In this document: piece after piece, positions 1 to 11,970 of the stretch
Layout: every line of letters begins with the position of its first letter
Position numbering within the stretch: position 1 is the first letter of the stretch
Source: Hamiltosporidium tvaerminnensis FI-OER-3-3
Lineage: Eukaryota > Fungi > Microsporidia
Length of the DNA stretch: 64,000 bases
Reading direction: 5' to 3'
Assembly (NCBI GenBank): GCA_022605425.2
Contig: JAKIMF020000004.1
Coordinates: 496,001 to 560,000 of the forward strand
Notes under the pieces: model-generated
Told to the model about the DNA's origin: nothing
The model's database searches: none
The model's input: only the letters and a program-made list of their open reading frames with translations
Position numbers and translations under genes: made by a program

Positions 1-3000
1 TAGAGTCATAATCAGTAGTATCATAGATAACACCCCTTTTTTTATTACTATTAGTAGTAGTAGTGTTAAGAGGGTTTTGCTTATTAGTAGTAGTGTTAAG
101 AGGGTGATAAGTATTAGTAGTAGTGTTAACAGGGTTTTGCTTATTAGTAGACTGGTTAACACCCTGTTGTTTACTAGTACTGTTACTAACACCTTGTTGT
201 TTACTAGTACTGTTACTAACACCTTGTTGTTTATTAGTAGTATTGTTAACACTCTGTTGTTCATTACTACTGTTACTAACACCTTGTTGTTTATTAGTAG
301 TATTGTTAACACCCTCTAATCTATCCTTATTACTAACACCTTTTATATCCTTATAATTACTAGTAGTGTTATTAACACCCTCTAACCCATCTCTATCATT
401 AACACCCCCATTACTACTATTACATATAATAACATCCCCCACCCTATTCTCCACCTTACCACCACTACTACATATAACACCCTCTGTCCCTTCAATACTA
501 AATCTAAGACTAGGTATATTAACAGTAAATATAATATTTGGTACATTCTTATTAAAATTAAATATTTCTTTTAATTTATTATTTATATGTGTATCTGTAC
601 ATAATTTAAATATCAAATTATTTATATCTTCTATACCAATAAGTTTTAAATTACAATAATCTAATAACTGAGATAGTATATCAATAAAGGTATTGGTAGT
701 AGTGTTGTTAACACCCTGTTGTTCATTAGTACTGTTAATAGTGTTATTAACACCCTGTTGTTCATTAGTACTGTTAATAGTGTTGTTAACACCCTGTTGT
801 TCACTACTACTATAGTTAACACCCTGTTGTTCACTATTACTGTTAATAGTGTTGTTAACACCCTTATAATCATCCCTACTATTATTAACACCCCTATAAT
901 CACTATACTTATTATTAACACCTGTTACATACTCATATGTTATTCTACTTGTATATCCAGTGTTAATATTAACAAGTGGATATTTAACAGTTGTAGTATT
1001 ACGTTCTATCTTAGTATTAAGATATATTAATCCTTTATTTAAATCTATAATACCTTTACGTAATGTAATAGTAAATATAAAGTAATTTATATATATTTTT
1101 ATATTAAAATTTTTAGATGTAAATATAATGTTTGGGTTATTTCTTATGTTTATAACTGTACGTAAATAAAGGGTGTTATTTATACAAGTAAAGGTATTAG
1201 AAATAAGGGTAGTAGTAGTGTTAGTATGATTATTAGTATGGTTGTTGTTAATATGGTTGTTGGTGTTATTTACATCACTGTCAACTAAAGGGGTGTTATT
1301 ATCTGTACTGTCAGTTAATGGGGTGTTATAACCTGTACTGTCAGTTAATGGGGTGTTATTACCTGTACTGTCAGTTAATGGGGTGTTATTACCTGTATTG
1401 TCTGTTAATGGGGTGTTATTTACACAGCCCTCTACCAATGGGGTGTTAACTACACTACTATCTACTAACGGTATTTCTCTTCCATTTCCATTTTCTATAT
1501 AATTATTACCTTTTATAGAGGCAATAGGTTTATTAAACATATAAAGGGTTTTATCTTTATATATTACAGACATAACACTTAACAATAAAGATAAAGGTGT
1601 ATCACATATAGGTTGTATAATAATAGGAGTGTTAAGTTTCTTAATAAGTAATTCAAAACTATAAACTGTTAAATATGTATTTATCTTTATACCTTGTTTG
1701 TATAATAATACTTGTAAAGTACCAATACCATATACTGAGTTAAAGGGTGTTGTTAATATGTCGGTATTGATAACAGGGTGTTGTTTATTAGTATTGGTGA
1801 TAACAGGGTGTTGTTTATTAGTATTGGTGATAACAGGGTGTTGTTCATTACTCTTATTACTAACACCGTGTTGTTTAGTACTAGTGTTACTAACACCCTC
1901 TGATCTATCCTTATTATTAACACCCTCTAATCTATCCTCTACTATATTAACACCCTCTAATCTATCCTCTACTATATTAACACCCTTATAATCATTACTC
2001 TTATCACTCTCTAACATATCCTTTATACTATCCTTACAATATATATAATCATAAGTACAATTACTTGTTATATTCTTATTTCCATATATATATTTAATAG
2101 GTGGTAATACAGTATTAGTAATAAGTGAAATATCTAAAGGTATTATATTATTATGTATAAAAGTACTAAAAACAATATTATTGTCTTTAATACTGTGTAG
2201 GTTAAAACGTATGTTAGGTATTTTATAATAGGTGTTATTATTATTCCTTTTTGTAGTATTAGAGGTGTTGTTAGGTATCATATGTGTTATATCTGTGTTA
2301 TTAAAGAGGGTTTTAATTGTGTTATTTAAAGTACCTTTAATACTGTTAATTATTAGTCTTTTAAATAAGACCCCTTTAATTATAGAGAGAGATATTTTGT
2401 AGGAAATAAAGGGTATGTATATTTTAAAAGGGTGTAACACCCCTTTAGTTATTGTAATATTGGATGTAAATAAAGGGGTGTTATTTATTGTAATACATAA
2501 GGGTTGTAAATAAAGGGAAATAAAAGGGGAGAATTGTAAATTATTAGGAGATATCGATATTTGTATGGTATTGGGGGTCTTAACAGTTGTATTGTTTTCT
2601 GTTTGGGTTTTGGTGCTTTGGTTTTGTGTGGTATTGGAGGTTTTATCAGAAGTGAGACATTCTGCTGTCAAATTATTGGTATTTAGAGGTTGGTTTTGTG
2701 TAATATTGGGGTTCTTATCTGATCTTTCACTTTCTTCTGTCATATTCTTGGTATTGTCACTCTTTGCTGGTGTGGTGTTTTTCTGAGTTAAAAAATCATC
2801 AAAATTAATGATTTTTTGTTGGTAAATATCTGTATTATCGATAAGAGTAACGACCTTTTGTGGAGTAAGAGATGGATTATCTAAATTAATAACGTTTTTA
2901 AGACATATTTCAGTGACTTTATAGGTGCCTTTTTGTTCAGAGGCTGGTGGTGGAATTGAAAAGGTGGATTCTTTATTAAACGAGAATTCAAAACTGAAAA

Positions 3001-3445
3001 GATGTAAAATAACTTTACATTTGATTGTAAAATGTAAATGATTTCTTTTTTTAAGAAAATTTAAGACATTTTGTTTGTTTAAAGAGGTTATTTTCAAATT
3101 TGATTCGAATTTAATTTCTTGTCGTCGTTTCAAAAATATATTTGAAGATGCAAACGTAGAAATAAATTTTTGATCGGTAAATGTGTCGGATGCGGATTGT
3201 GTGGTAATATGGATGTCTTTTATTGATGTGTTTAGTGGTATAGTGGATCCTTGGTGTTGATATGATAATGATATTATATTTGGTTGTGTAACGGAATATG
3301 AGAGAGAGGATATATTATATTTACAAAATAGGAGATGGTAGGTACGAAGAAACACTATTGCGAACTTTATAAAGATTGCGGTTGGGATTATGGCTAGTGT
3401 TAGGTTAGTAAGTATTTGGTTTTTGAGTGTCGGGAAGTATTTCAT
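1..3445 (-). CDS. Large (>1148 aa, runs off the window) hypothetical protein with an N-terminal hydrophobic anchor and in-frame N/T/S-rich repeat blocks
   Basis: Hand translation of the minus strand from the ATG at 3445 (MKYFPTLKNQILTNLTLAIIPTAIFIKFAIVFLRTYHLLFCKY...) stays open to base 1. It is presumably absent from the ORF track because the stop lies outside the window. A CCC motif lies ~10 nt upstream of the ATG (GGG at 3455-3457 on +). Confidence 0.9.
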   Translation of the reverse strand, partial: MKYFPTLKNQILTNLTLAIIPTAIFIKFAIVFLRTYHLLFCKYNISSLSYSVTQPNIISLSYQHQGSTIPLNTSIKDIHITTQSASDTFTDQKFISTFASSNIFLKRRQEIKFESNLKITSLNKQNVLNFLKKRNHLHFTIKCKVILHLFSFEFSFNKESTFSIPPPASEQKGTYKVTEICLKNVINLDNPSLTPQKVVTLIDNTDIYQQKIINFDDFLTQKNTTPAKSDNTKNMTEESERSDKNPNITQNQPLNTNNLTAECLTSDKTSNTTQNQSTKTQTENNTTVKTPNTIQISISPNNLQFSPFISLYLQPLCITINNTPLFTSNITITKGVLHPFKIYIPFISYKISLSIIKGVLFKRLIINSIKGTLNNTIKTLFNNTDITHMIPNNTSNTTKRNNNNTYYKIPNIRFNLHSIKDNNIVFSTFIHNNIIPLDISLITNTVLPPIKYIYGNKNITSNCTYDYIYCKDSIKDMLESDKSNDYKGVNIVEDRLEGVNIVEDRLEGVNNKDRSEGVSNTSTKQHGVSNKSNEQHPVITNTNKQHPVITNTNKQHPVINTDILTTPFNSVYGIGTLQVLLYKQGIKINTYLTVYSFELLIKKLNTPIIIQPICDTPLSLLLSVMSVIYKDKTLYMFNKPIASIKGNNYIENGNGREIPLVDSSVVNTPLVEGCVNNTPLTDNTGNNTPLTDSTGNNTPLTDSTGYNTPLTDSTDNNTPLVDSDVNNTNNHINNNHTNNHTNTTTTLISNTFTCINNTLYLRTVINIRNNPNIIFTSKNFNIKIYINYFIFTITLRKGIIDLNKGLIYLNTKIERNTTTVKYPLVNINTGYTSRITYEYVTGVNNKYSDYRGVNNSRDDYKGVNNTINSNSEQQGVNYSSSEQQGVNNTINSTNEQQGVNNTINSTNEQQGVNNTTTNTFIDILSQLLDYCNLKLIGIEDINNLIFKLCTDTHINNKLKEIFNFNKNVPNIIFTVNIPSLRFSIEGTEGVICSSGGKVENRVGDVIICNSSNGGVNDRDGLEGVNNTTSNYKDIKGVSNKDRLEGVNNTTNKQQGVSNSSNEQQSVNNTTNKQQGVSNSTSKQQGVSNSTSKQQGVNQSTNKQNPVNTTTNTYHPLNTTTNKQNPLNTTTTNSNKKRGVIYDTTDYDS
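35..420. repeat. Coding minisatellite, mostly 30-bp units (NNTTNKQQGV / NTTTNKQNPL-type)
   Basis: Tandem units such as TGTTACTAACACCTTGTTGTTTACTAGTAC, in frame within the large ORF. Confidence 0.85.
700..925. repeat. Coding minisatellite, 27-39-bp units (NNTINSTNEQQGV)
   Basis: Repeated TTAACACCCTGTTGTTCA core. Confidence 0.85.
1261..1450. repeat. Coding minisatellite, 30-bp units (NNTPLTDSTG), with the core inverted relative to the other blocks
   Basis: About six units of GGGTGTTATTACCTGTACTGTCAGTTAATG. Confidence 0.9.
1765..1990. repeat. Coding minisatellite, 30-bp units (ITNTNKQHPV / VNIVEDRLEG)
   Basis: Units TAACAGGGTGTTGTTTATTAGTATTGGTGA and CACCCTCTAATCTATCCTCTACTATATTAA. Confidence 0.9.
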
Positions 3446-3709
3446 TTTTTTTAAGGGTTAGAAAATATATTTTAATGAATTGGATTGAAGACCGTTGGAA
3501 ATTAAAAAATAGAAAAAAATATAATTGATGGGTGGTTTTTTAAGGAATAAAAAAATTAATTTTATATTTCTATATTTGAACATGTAAAAATTAAAAAATA
3601 AATGGAAATTAGAAAAAGAAGAAAGAAAATTTTCTATATTTGATAAATTAAAAAATAAATGGTAAATTATAATATTAGGAAATTAAAAAATTATGGAAAT
3701 TAGGAAAGG

Positions 3710-3886
3710 AAAAACGGTTTGGCGGTAAAATCACTTTGATAAATTATATAATAAATTAGGAAATGAAATTAAAAACTGTTTGGCGGTAAAATCACTTTGA
3801 TAAATTATATAATAAATTAGGAAATGAAATTAAAAACGGTTTGGCAGTAAAATCACTTTGATAAATTAAATAATAAATTAGGAAAT
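3710..3886. repeat. 61-bp VNTR (3 units here, 1 in cassette 2, 2 in cassette 3)
   Basis: AAAAACGGTTTGGCGGTAAAATCACTTTGATAAATTATATAATAAATTAGGAAATGAAATT three times. Confidence 0.9.
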
Positions 3887-5491
3887 TATTGGAAAAAAGT
3901 AAATTTAGATAGGAACTACCCAAAAAATTTATATATTTAATATTCAAAGATATAAATTTTAAAATAAATTGAAATTAGAAAGTAAATGTCTGAAAATCTG
4001 TATTTTTGATAAATTAAAATGAATAATAAAAGATTTAATTAAATTTTTAATTAAAGAGGAACATTTTTTCAAATTTTAAATTAAAAACAAATATGTTTGT
4101 TTTTATACAATGATGCTATCGTAAGGTACTTAATATTTTAAAACTGCAGAAAAAAATTGTAGAAAAATTAAATGAAATAATGTCTTCAGTTAGTTTTTAA
4201 AAAAAGAAGATAATAATTTTAAAGAATTATTTAAAAGTTACTTTATATGTAGATATATCACAAATTTAGGAATATATTTAGAAGAAATATCAGTAAACAT
4301 ATTCTTTGAAATTTTTGACATTGATATGGTTATATGACATTTAAATTATACCCATCATTTGTATTTTCAAAATAAATTAAAACTGAATATCAAATCCTTA
4401 GAACAAATTGAATACAAAAAGTGAAACAAATGGTTCTTTGTTAAATATCTGTTGAGGAATACACTACTCTTGATTGTCTGGATTGATTTACAATAGTGCT
4501 TATACTATCCAAGACTCACCATATTTTTCATAAACCGGCAACTGGTAAAGAGATACTTAGGTTTATGATGAAAGAAAAATATAGAAAATGAAATTTTTTT
4601 TCGACTTTCCTAAAATTTCTATAACTAGCTCGTAGACAAAAATAATATGGAATATTCGAAAAAAAAAAGATGTTTAATAATATTTTCAAGTTGAATATTT
4701 AAAATCCAAAAAAAATGATTTTTCAGATGCTTTAGTTAAGAAAATAAGTCAATGGATGTTTTTGTTCCAGAAAATCAGATTTTATGGAAATATAAAGTTG
4801 TTACTTTGAAGTAATTGTATGTTTGAGTTATTTAAGCTCGAAATTATTATAAAATTTTAGGATATTTTATTTAAAAATATAGCAAATTTTGATGAAAGTT
4901 GGTTCTTTTCTACGAATTGAAACAAAAAAAATGAATCGCCCAAATTAAAATAACATTTACTATTCTTTGTTAAAAATACATTTCACTTCATGTTTCATAT
5001 AATTTATAAGTTTTAAAATTATATTGTTTGGCTTCAATTTTGAAAAGCTGCTGGAATTGATGGTATCTAATTTTTCCATCGCGAAAATTGCTAATATGCG
5101 TAATATCAGTATTATTTTGCGAAAGTAATAGGCTACGAAAGAATAAATCTATTGTTTGGATCTTCATCGTGTCATGGATCAGATTCTCAAAAGACGACTC
5201 ACAACAAAGTTTTGCGTGGATATCAATTACTTTTATAAGTTGATACTCATTAAAACAGAAGTCAGCTTAAGTAAAATGTAAAACGATCTCTGTTTGGAAA
5301 AATCAGCCCAAAGTAAAAGGTATCTAAAAGTTCAAAGAGAATGCTGCGTTGGATTTTTCTCCTATTAAAAAATATAGAAACAACCAGGAATTGAGATCAG
5401 TTATAAAAAATCTAGGATTCTAAAAATACTAAAAAAACTCTCTGTTCAAATTCTAATTTAAATCGATTAAATATATCGAAATATTAATCTA

Positions 5492-6180
5492 TTGCGGAAA
5501 GAAAACACATCTGAAATTTTTTACTTTGTAATGGTTTAATGACATTTGTGGGAAAATTATTGTTTAAATTTTTGTTGGGATAAGATCCACATCCAATTTT
5601 TAGTGTTACCTGGCAATTTGTGTAAAGTACATATCTCAAAATGGCGAAATATTTATAAAGCTTAGATTTTACTTTTTAATATAACTAGATCGGAACTTAT
5701 GGAAAATACATTGTAAAGTATGTAAAATTTACCTGGTATACTCGATTAGAAGACTTGGCGCTCGTGAATCCAAAATATCTACTTTTAAAAATTCAAGAAT
5801 TTAAAGTAACAGGCTATGCTTGTTGATTTCAAATAACAATATACGATTGACTCTGTATGGCTCTATGAGAAATGTTTTAACGGAAGTCTTTCGGCCCGAA
5901 AGCTTAGGGTAAGCCGAAATGCTGCTGACATTGTTATCCCAAACTTGGATTCTACCCGAAATCACTCACTAAGCAAAGATCATTTAAGAACCTAAAGCAA
6001 CTTCTTCACTTATTAAAAAAGTTTTATAATCTTTCGATGAAATACATTGCGATGTATGTATCGAAAAATCACTGACAGTGTGTTGAGATTCATTTATCTA
6101 TTTTAAACCTTGAACTTCGTTAATGTCATGAAGAACATAACATTTGCAACTGTTTTAAAAAGATGTGATGTTTTTTAAAA
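5492..6180 (+). mobile_element. Old, diverged, apparently full-length relative of the structured SINE-like element at 17699-18430
   Basis: Collinear similarity from the 5' end through TTAGAAGACTT(G/A)GCGC and AATGCTGC to the 3' end (AAACCT.GAACT.CGTTAATGTCAT...AAAAGATGTGAT). Confidence 0.75.
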
Positions 6181-7022
6181 GAGTTTATAATTAAAATATA
6201 GGTAGGCAGTGGTTTTAACATATCTCTTTTTTGCTATATTTATCCCTATTAAATTTCCTTCTGTCATGATTAGTTTTTAACAATTAAATAATCGAATTTG
6301 TTTGCTTAAAAGATTAAATAATGTGTTTTAAGCATTGATACAAATAATTTCCACATATTTTTTTCGGATGATCAATTAAATTTAACTACTTATAAATTAA
6401 ATTTTTATTTCTACATGTTTTCTTTCTTATAATAGACATGTAATTTTTCGTTATTGTACATAAAAAAATATGCTTGTTCCTTCAAATTTGAAAGCTGCTT
6501 ATCATGAGTTAATTGTAAAAATTAGATTTCAAGATTAGATATACTGCCTTGATTTTTTTAACTAAAACTTTGTATTATTTATTCTGAATTCGAAAGATTT
6601 TCTAATGAACCTATATTAAACATTAGTTGAGTCGAGAAGCTCAACGACTATAAAAATGCCATGAAAATCAAGATTTTTTGTCGAAATATATTGATAAAAA
6701 CACAGACGTACAAAAATGTTTTAATATACGCCTAAATACCAGGATCTACGTGTTTCTGGGTAACTTATTCAAAAATACTATTTAATCAGTAATTTCTAAA
6801 TATTCAAATTTTTTAGGCCGAATTATGTTTTGAATTCTTTGAAAAAAAAGTATACTATTCCATTTGTGTGCAGAGTAAACCCTATGTTATATATTCCACA
6901 GGAAAAAGTATATGATTTATAAAAATATTTGATATATTAAATTAAAGTTTTTTAGGTCTTTAAAATTATAATTAAAATTAAATTGGAAATGATATATTCT
7001 ATGAATTTATTTGTAAATTTTT

Positions 7023-7895
7023 CTAATCTAAAAATGAAATGCCATCATAAATTCCATCAGCAATATGAAATCCAAGTATCTCCGAAGTAGACAATGATGT
7101 GATATCACCTTGATCGTGCGATTGCTGCACTTTTTTAAGTATACTTTCATCCAAAGTTTCGACTACGATGGTATCATAAGGGCCAATTTTTGGATTTTTT
7201 CTTTTTAAGCCATTACATAATATTTCATTGTCTGTTGGAATATTGTGATTTATTACACATGGCTTGTTAATTTTAACAGTTTTTTTACTTTGGACCTTGT
7301 TTTTTGTGGCTGAAGTATTATTTTTAGCAGATTTTTTATCTGTTTTGTTATGACGAATAATTTCCGGTTGATTGTTGGTATCTTGTGCCTCCAATTCATT
7401 TATTCCAGCTTCCATATTATCGTGACTAATCTCCGTAAATCCAAAAAAGGCTCCAATATCTTTAAAACATATATTTTTTCTTAATGTTGTAATAGTCTTT
7501 TCAGAAAATATATGTATACCATACAATGATATAGCAAATAATCTATAACTCTTTTGCCATTTTGAATAGCCGGTGGGTGTTCTTTTGTATTCTATGCCGC
7601 CATATACACATATAGGAAGCAAACACGAATTATATATCATCACAATGATTTTTTTTAAAAATTGTGCAAGTTTACATGTAATTTTATAATGCAAATAAAT
7701 AAGAAATAATATAGACTTAATAGTTCTCGTCCATGATTTTTCTAAAATGAATTTGACTATCTTTATCACCTTTGATATGACACCATACACAATAGCCATT
7801 TTTAAAACATAGACAATCATTTTAAATCCTACAAGAAGAATTGTGCTAATGAGCAAAATCAGGTTTTTCCTCAACCACGTGCTAGAAATATTCAT
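7023..7895 (-). CDS. Hypothetical protein 'family A' (290 aa), hydrophobic N-terminal half, paralog of the 299-aa gene
   Basis: Intact ORF in all three cassettes. Shares the LLPI.V.GG.E, YS.WQ, IHIF.E, NICFKDI and GDITS.STSEIL.F.I.DGI.DG.SFLD blocks with gene B. Confidence 0.85.
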   Translation of the reverse strand: MNISSTWLRKNLILLISTILLVGFKMIVYVLKMAIVYGVISKVIKIVKFILEKSWTRTIKSILFLIYLHYKITCKLAQFLKKIIVMIYNSCLLPICVYGGIEYKRTPTGYSKWQKSYRLFAISLYGIHIFSEKTITTLRKNICFKDIGAFFGFTEISHDNMEAGINELEAQDTNNQPEIIRHNKTDKKSAKNNTSATKNKVQSKKTVKINKPCVINHNIPTDNEILCNGLKRKNPKIGPYDTIVVETLDESILKKVQQSHDQGDITSLSTSEILGFHIADGIYDGISFLD

Positions 7896-9951
7896 TGTTT
7901 TGTTATTGTGTTTTTTTATTTATAGACAAAAATATAAACAAATTGTAATGAAACAATTATGTCTTATCTCTAAATATGTATCAAATAGATAAACTTAAAC
8001 AAAAAAAATCAAGGATTATTTATACTTTACTGATAAATCAATCAAAAATTATGAAATTTCAATCAAAACCATACAAAATTTGTCATAATAAATGAAATTT
8101 ATTAAAATTGGTGTATACTAGATCTTACGTCATTAATTCAAATTATCTATAAAAAATTTATAGTTTAAATTCACGTGACAACATATTGCATCATCTCAAT
8201 ATTATGTTTTTTTATTAATTCTTGTTATGTATTGCCAAAATATATTATATAACATTTTTGTCTCTGAAAGATCAAATCATCTTTTCATAGAATTTAAATC
8301 TCAAAAAGGAACATTTAATCTGTTTACATGTTCTCATAGAGCTAAACAATAGTAATTTAAATTTAAATACTTTATTTTACAATGATATAAGAAGGAATAT
8401 AAATTTTAAACATAAATTACTCAAGCAAAGCTTTTGATTTTTTTGCGGTTTAAGGCTGCATTCGGATCTGATATTAAGGAATGGGTTTTGCTCATTAGGC
8501 TTTTATCTAGGATATTTAATTATTTAAATCTACATAACATTTTGCTTGGAACAATATTCTAGAACAATACAAATCACGATCACATTATCAATTTATGGGG
8601 GAAAATAAAAAACTTTATCATTGAAATTTCCTAAAAAATACCTTTTAGATTTTTCACACATAAAATTTGAAACTAAAATTTATTTCAAATCATTTAGAAT
8701 AATAGCATTTCCTTGAATTTTGAATTTTAATACACATTTTTTGTTCTGAAATACAAATCTTGCTATAAATGTGTAACTATGTATTCTTAAAAGAGATAAA
8801 TTTTTATAATGCGATGGTCTAAACTGTGATTTCTTTCATTTTGCTTAAATTATGGAAATTACTTTAATAGAAAAAAAATTATACGTCCTTTCAATATTAG
8901 ATATGACGAGTTAACGATTTTTAAACACAATTATTCATAACATAAAACAAAGAATATTATTTAATTTTCCCGATGCTTATAAATATGTTCTGGTCGATTC
9001 CAGAATAATTGAAACAAAAAAAATGTTCGTTCTAAATTTTTAACCCGAAAGACTAAATTCACAATAGTTGATAAAAGATTGATAATATTTACTAGTTAAA
9101 AATTCTAATAATTTGTTCTGATTCGAACCTTATTTACTAATTTAAATTTTTTGTTAAATAATATATATACATTCAGTATAGTACGATCTAGATTTGGATT
9201 CGGCATTACAAAACTATAGACCGTGAGCCAAATCGAACCGTCATGAATTTTTTTGTACAGTAGGTGTTTTAAAATGGAAAATAAAATAAAAAAATATAAA
9301 TACATATACAAAAAAGTTCACAGCGTGAATAATTTTTATTATGAATTTGTAATACAATAAAGATATTTGGTTTTCAAGATTTTTTCAAACCTCTATCATA
9401 TTTCTTATTAATTATTGATTTAATCAAAGAATCTTATCAATAATTCCTTAAAAACGTAAGTCTAATTGACGTTTAAAATTTTTCATAAACTTCTTCGGTG
9501 GCTTATCTGTAAAATTTGGATCTGTTTTTTTTGTGCATTCCATTTTTGAAGTTGTTTTTTCATGCAGTAGGCAAAGCCAAAAGCGGAAACAAACCTTTGA
9601 GCAAATTATGAACGTGATGGCGTTGCGTGGCTGAAAAACTCTTATAAAAATTTGGTATTTGATTTTGATATTTTTATTTGAAAATGTTGTAAAGAATACA
9701 TTATAATTTAATTGAACATATGTATGAACGTTTTAGATTTCAGCCAAAATATTAATAATAAATATCGAGGTTATTCCAAAATCATTATCTATACCAAAAT
9801 CAAATTTCAAGTAAAAAAAATAAATTTAATGGAATTAATTTTTTTCTGCAAACTTTCTAATTATTAGAGTTAGATTTTTTCGTTCATATTCATGTTTTGG
9901 ATTTAAAAAATAAATTATATTTTTAGCCGATAAAAATTTTTTAAAAATAAA

Positions 9952-11280
9952 ATGAATTGCGACAAATATGAAATTAGAAGGCTTTAAAAATTTATATTTT
10001 CAAGAAATTTACCGTAAAATATGAATTGCAATCAGAAAAGATGCTTTATAAAACGAGAAGGCGATATATAGATCGAAAATGGTAAAATAATTAAAACGGA
10101 TATCAACTTTCATTAAAGAAGTTATAGCAGATTTGATAAATAAGCATAAACCAATTTTTTGCTTCTATAAATTTTTCTGGCTACATTAATATCTAAACGA
10201 ATGCATCAAGAAATCATAAGAAAATACTGCTGGTTTAAGCGAGAGAAAATAGAACTATTCGTTAAAACATGCCAAGATTGCCAGTATTATCAGACTTTAA
10301 GCGAAATGATGCAATTTGAACGATACCTCTAAATTATCCATGAGAAAGAATTCAGATGGATCTTGTTGATATGCGGAAATATTCAATGGATAATGATGGG
10401 GTTGGATAGATCTTACACACTTTAGATGCACACTCTAAATTTTTATTTGGGGCACCATTGCAAAAAAAATCAGGAGTGGTGTTGCAAATACGCTGAGAAA
10501 TCTTATTTAATTCGAAAGTGCGCCTAATATAATACAAACAGATAACGAATAGAAGTTTGTGTGTAACGAAATACAAATATATGTTGATCACAACATTTCT
10601 TTTATAACTGGAAGTGCAAAGTACATACAAAATCAAGGGAAAAAGAGAAATGCAACTAGACAATTATATGCAAACCTGATATAAATTTAAGAACATCTAG
10701 CCGAAAAAGATGGATCGATTTAAGTAAGAAATTTGTACATAGCTACAATCAGATTAGAGCAGGGCAATAAACATGACCCCAATGGCAGCAAGTATAGGTC
10801 TTATAGGCAAAAAATCTTATTACGAGGAAGATGCAATTCATAAAAAATATTTTTCAAGCTATGAATTGAAGAAATATCTTGAAAATACAGATCTAAACAT
10901 AAAAAGTCTCGTTATGAAGATAAAGTATATATCGAGGATAAAATATCTAATAAAATCGATATTATTCGACTGATCTCGCTAAAATATTGAGACTTATATG
11001 TATCTCGATGAAAAATGATGCGGATGTACACTTCTCTTGCTTAAAATTTACTTCTTGTGATGTGGCTCTACTAAAGAGAGATTTCGATAACAATCAAAAG
11101 ACTAAAAAAAGCAAAATTATTAACTTATATGAAGAGAGGTTCTAAAAAGTTGTTCTCAGAAGTAGCGGCGATAAATTTTTATACAGTGTGACGACAAGCA
11201 GAAAATTATTTGCAAAAATCGAATTAAGAAGTATCATGAAAATGAATTATCTCATCTTCACAAAAACACGAATGATTAAA
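9952..11280 (+). pseudogene. Decayed retroviral-type (rve) DDE integrase/transposase, KRBA2/SCAND3/Ginger-like
   Basis: Fragments separated by stops and frameshifts: MHQEIIRKY...FVKTCQDCQ (zinc-binding end), ERIQMDLVDMRKYS..NDG, ILHTLDAHSKF..GAPLQKKS, PNIIQTDN, QNQGKRE, RAINMTP, LLKRDFDNNQKTKK. Confidence 0.85.
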
Positions 11281-11970
11281 TTCCGCTTCTGAATATCTAC
11301 AGTTTGTTTCTTTTAAAGTAACATTTTTCCATTATTTTTCATTTTAACTTCTTAATGATTGTTTTTTTGTTTTCTACTTCCTTGCATTTCTTAAAGTAAA
11401 AAAAATATAAGAATATAAGAGAAATATTAAATGATGATAAAATGGCTTAAAAAGGAATTGGAGTGATTAAAGTAATTTTTTTATAAATTGAAATCATAAA
11501 ATGTTTTTAGAGCTTTATGTGAAATTTCTTTTATGGATGTAGAATCGGTTTGAAATAAACATGAAAAAGTACTTTTCAATATGTTGGTTTAAAGGCTAAT
11601 GGGTTCATGACCCTCTAGACTTTTTATAGAACTAAATAAAGCTTACTGAATAAAAAGTTTTGTGGCTCTTAGTGTAAACGCTATTTTAAATTTTAGATCA
11701 AATATCATTATATCCTAGAGAACAATTTCGGCTGTTTCGAAATAATCTAGATACTAATTATGAATTTTTGGCATATTAAGTTTCATATTTTTCGAAACTA
11801 GATTAATACACAAAAAATTTTATTGGTTTGTTTTATAATAAATTATTTTCATAATTTTGATAAAATTTACCAATTTATTTGATATCAAAGATAAGGGGAA
11901 TATGTTCAAATCTAATTTGTTCTCTATTTTCAGAAAAATATAATAGACGGAAATAATAGTAGTAACAAAA

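Noticed and set aside
77-2786. Short ORFs in the track over the first 2.8 kb
   Set aside because: They are shadow frames of the minisatellites inside the long minus-strand ORF.
4870-4915. KNIANFDESWFF peptide resembling a pogo/Tc1 DDE first-aspartate motif
   Set aside because: No convincing second or third catalytic motif or terminal inverted repeats found; insufficient support.
10352-10973. 103-aa (-) and 66-aa (+) ORFs and their duplicates
   Set aside because: Antisense to, or fragments of, the decayed integrase.
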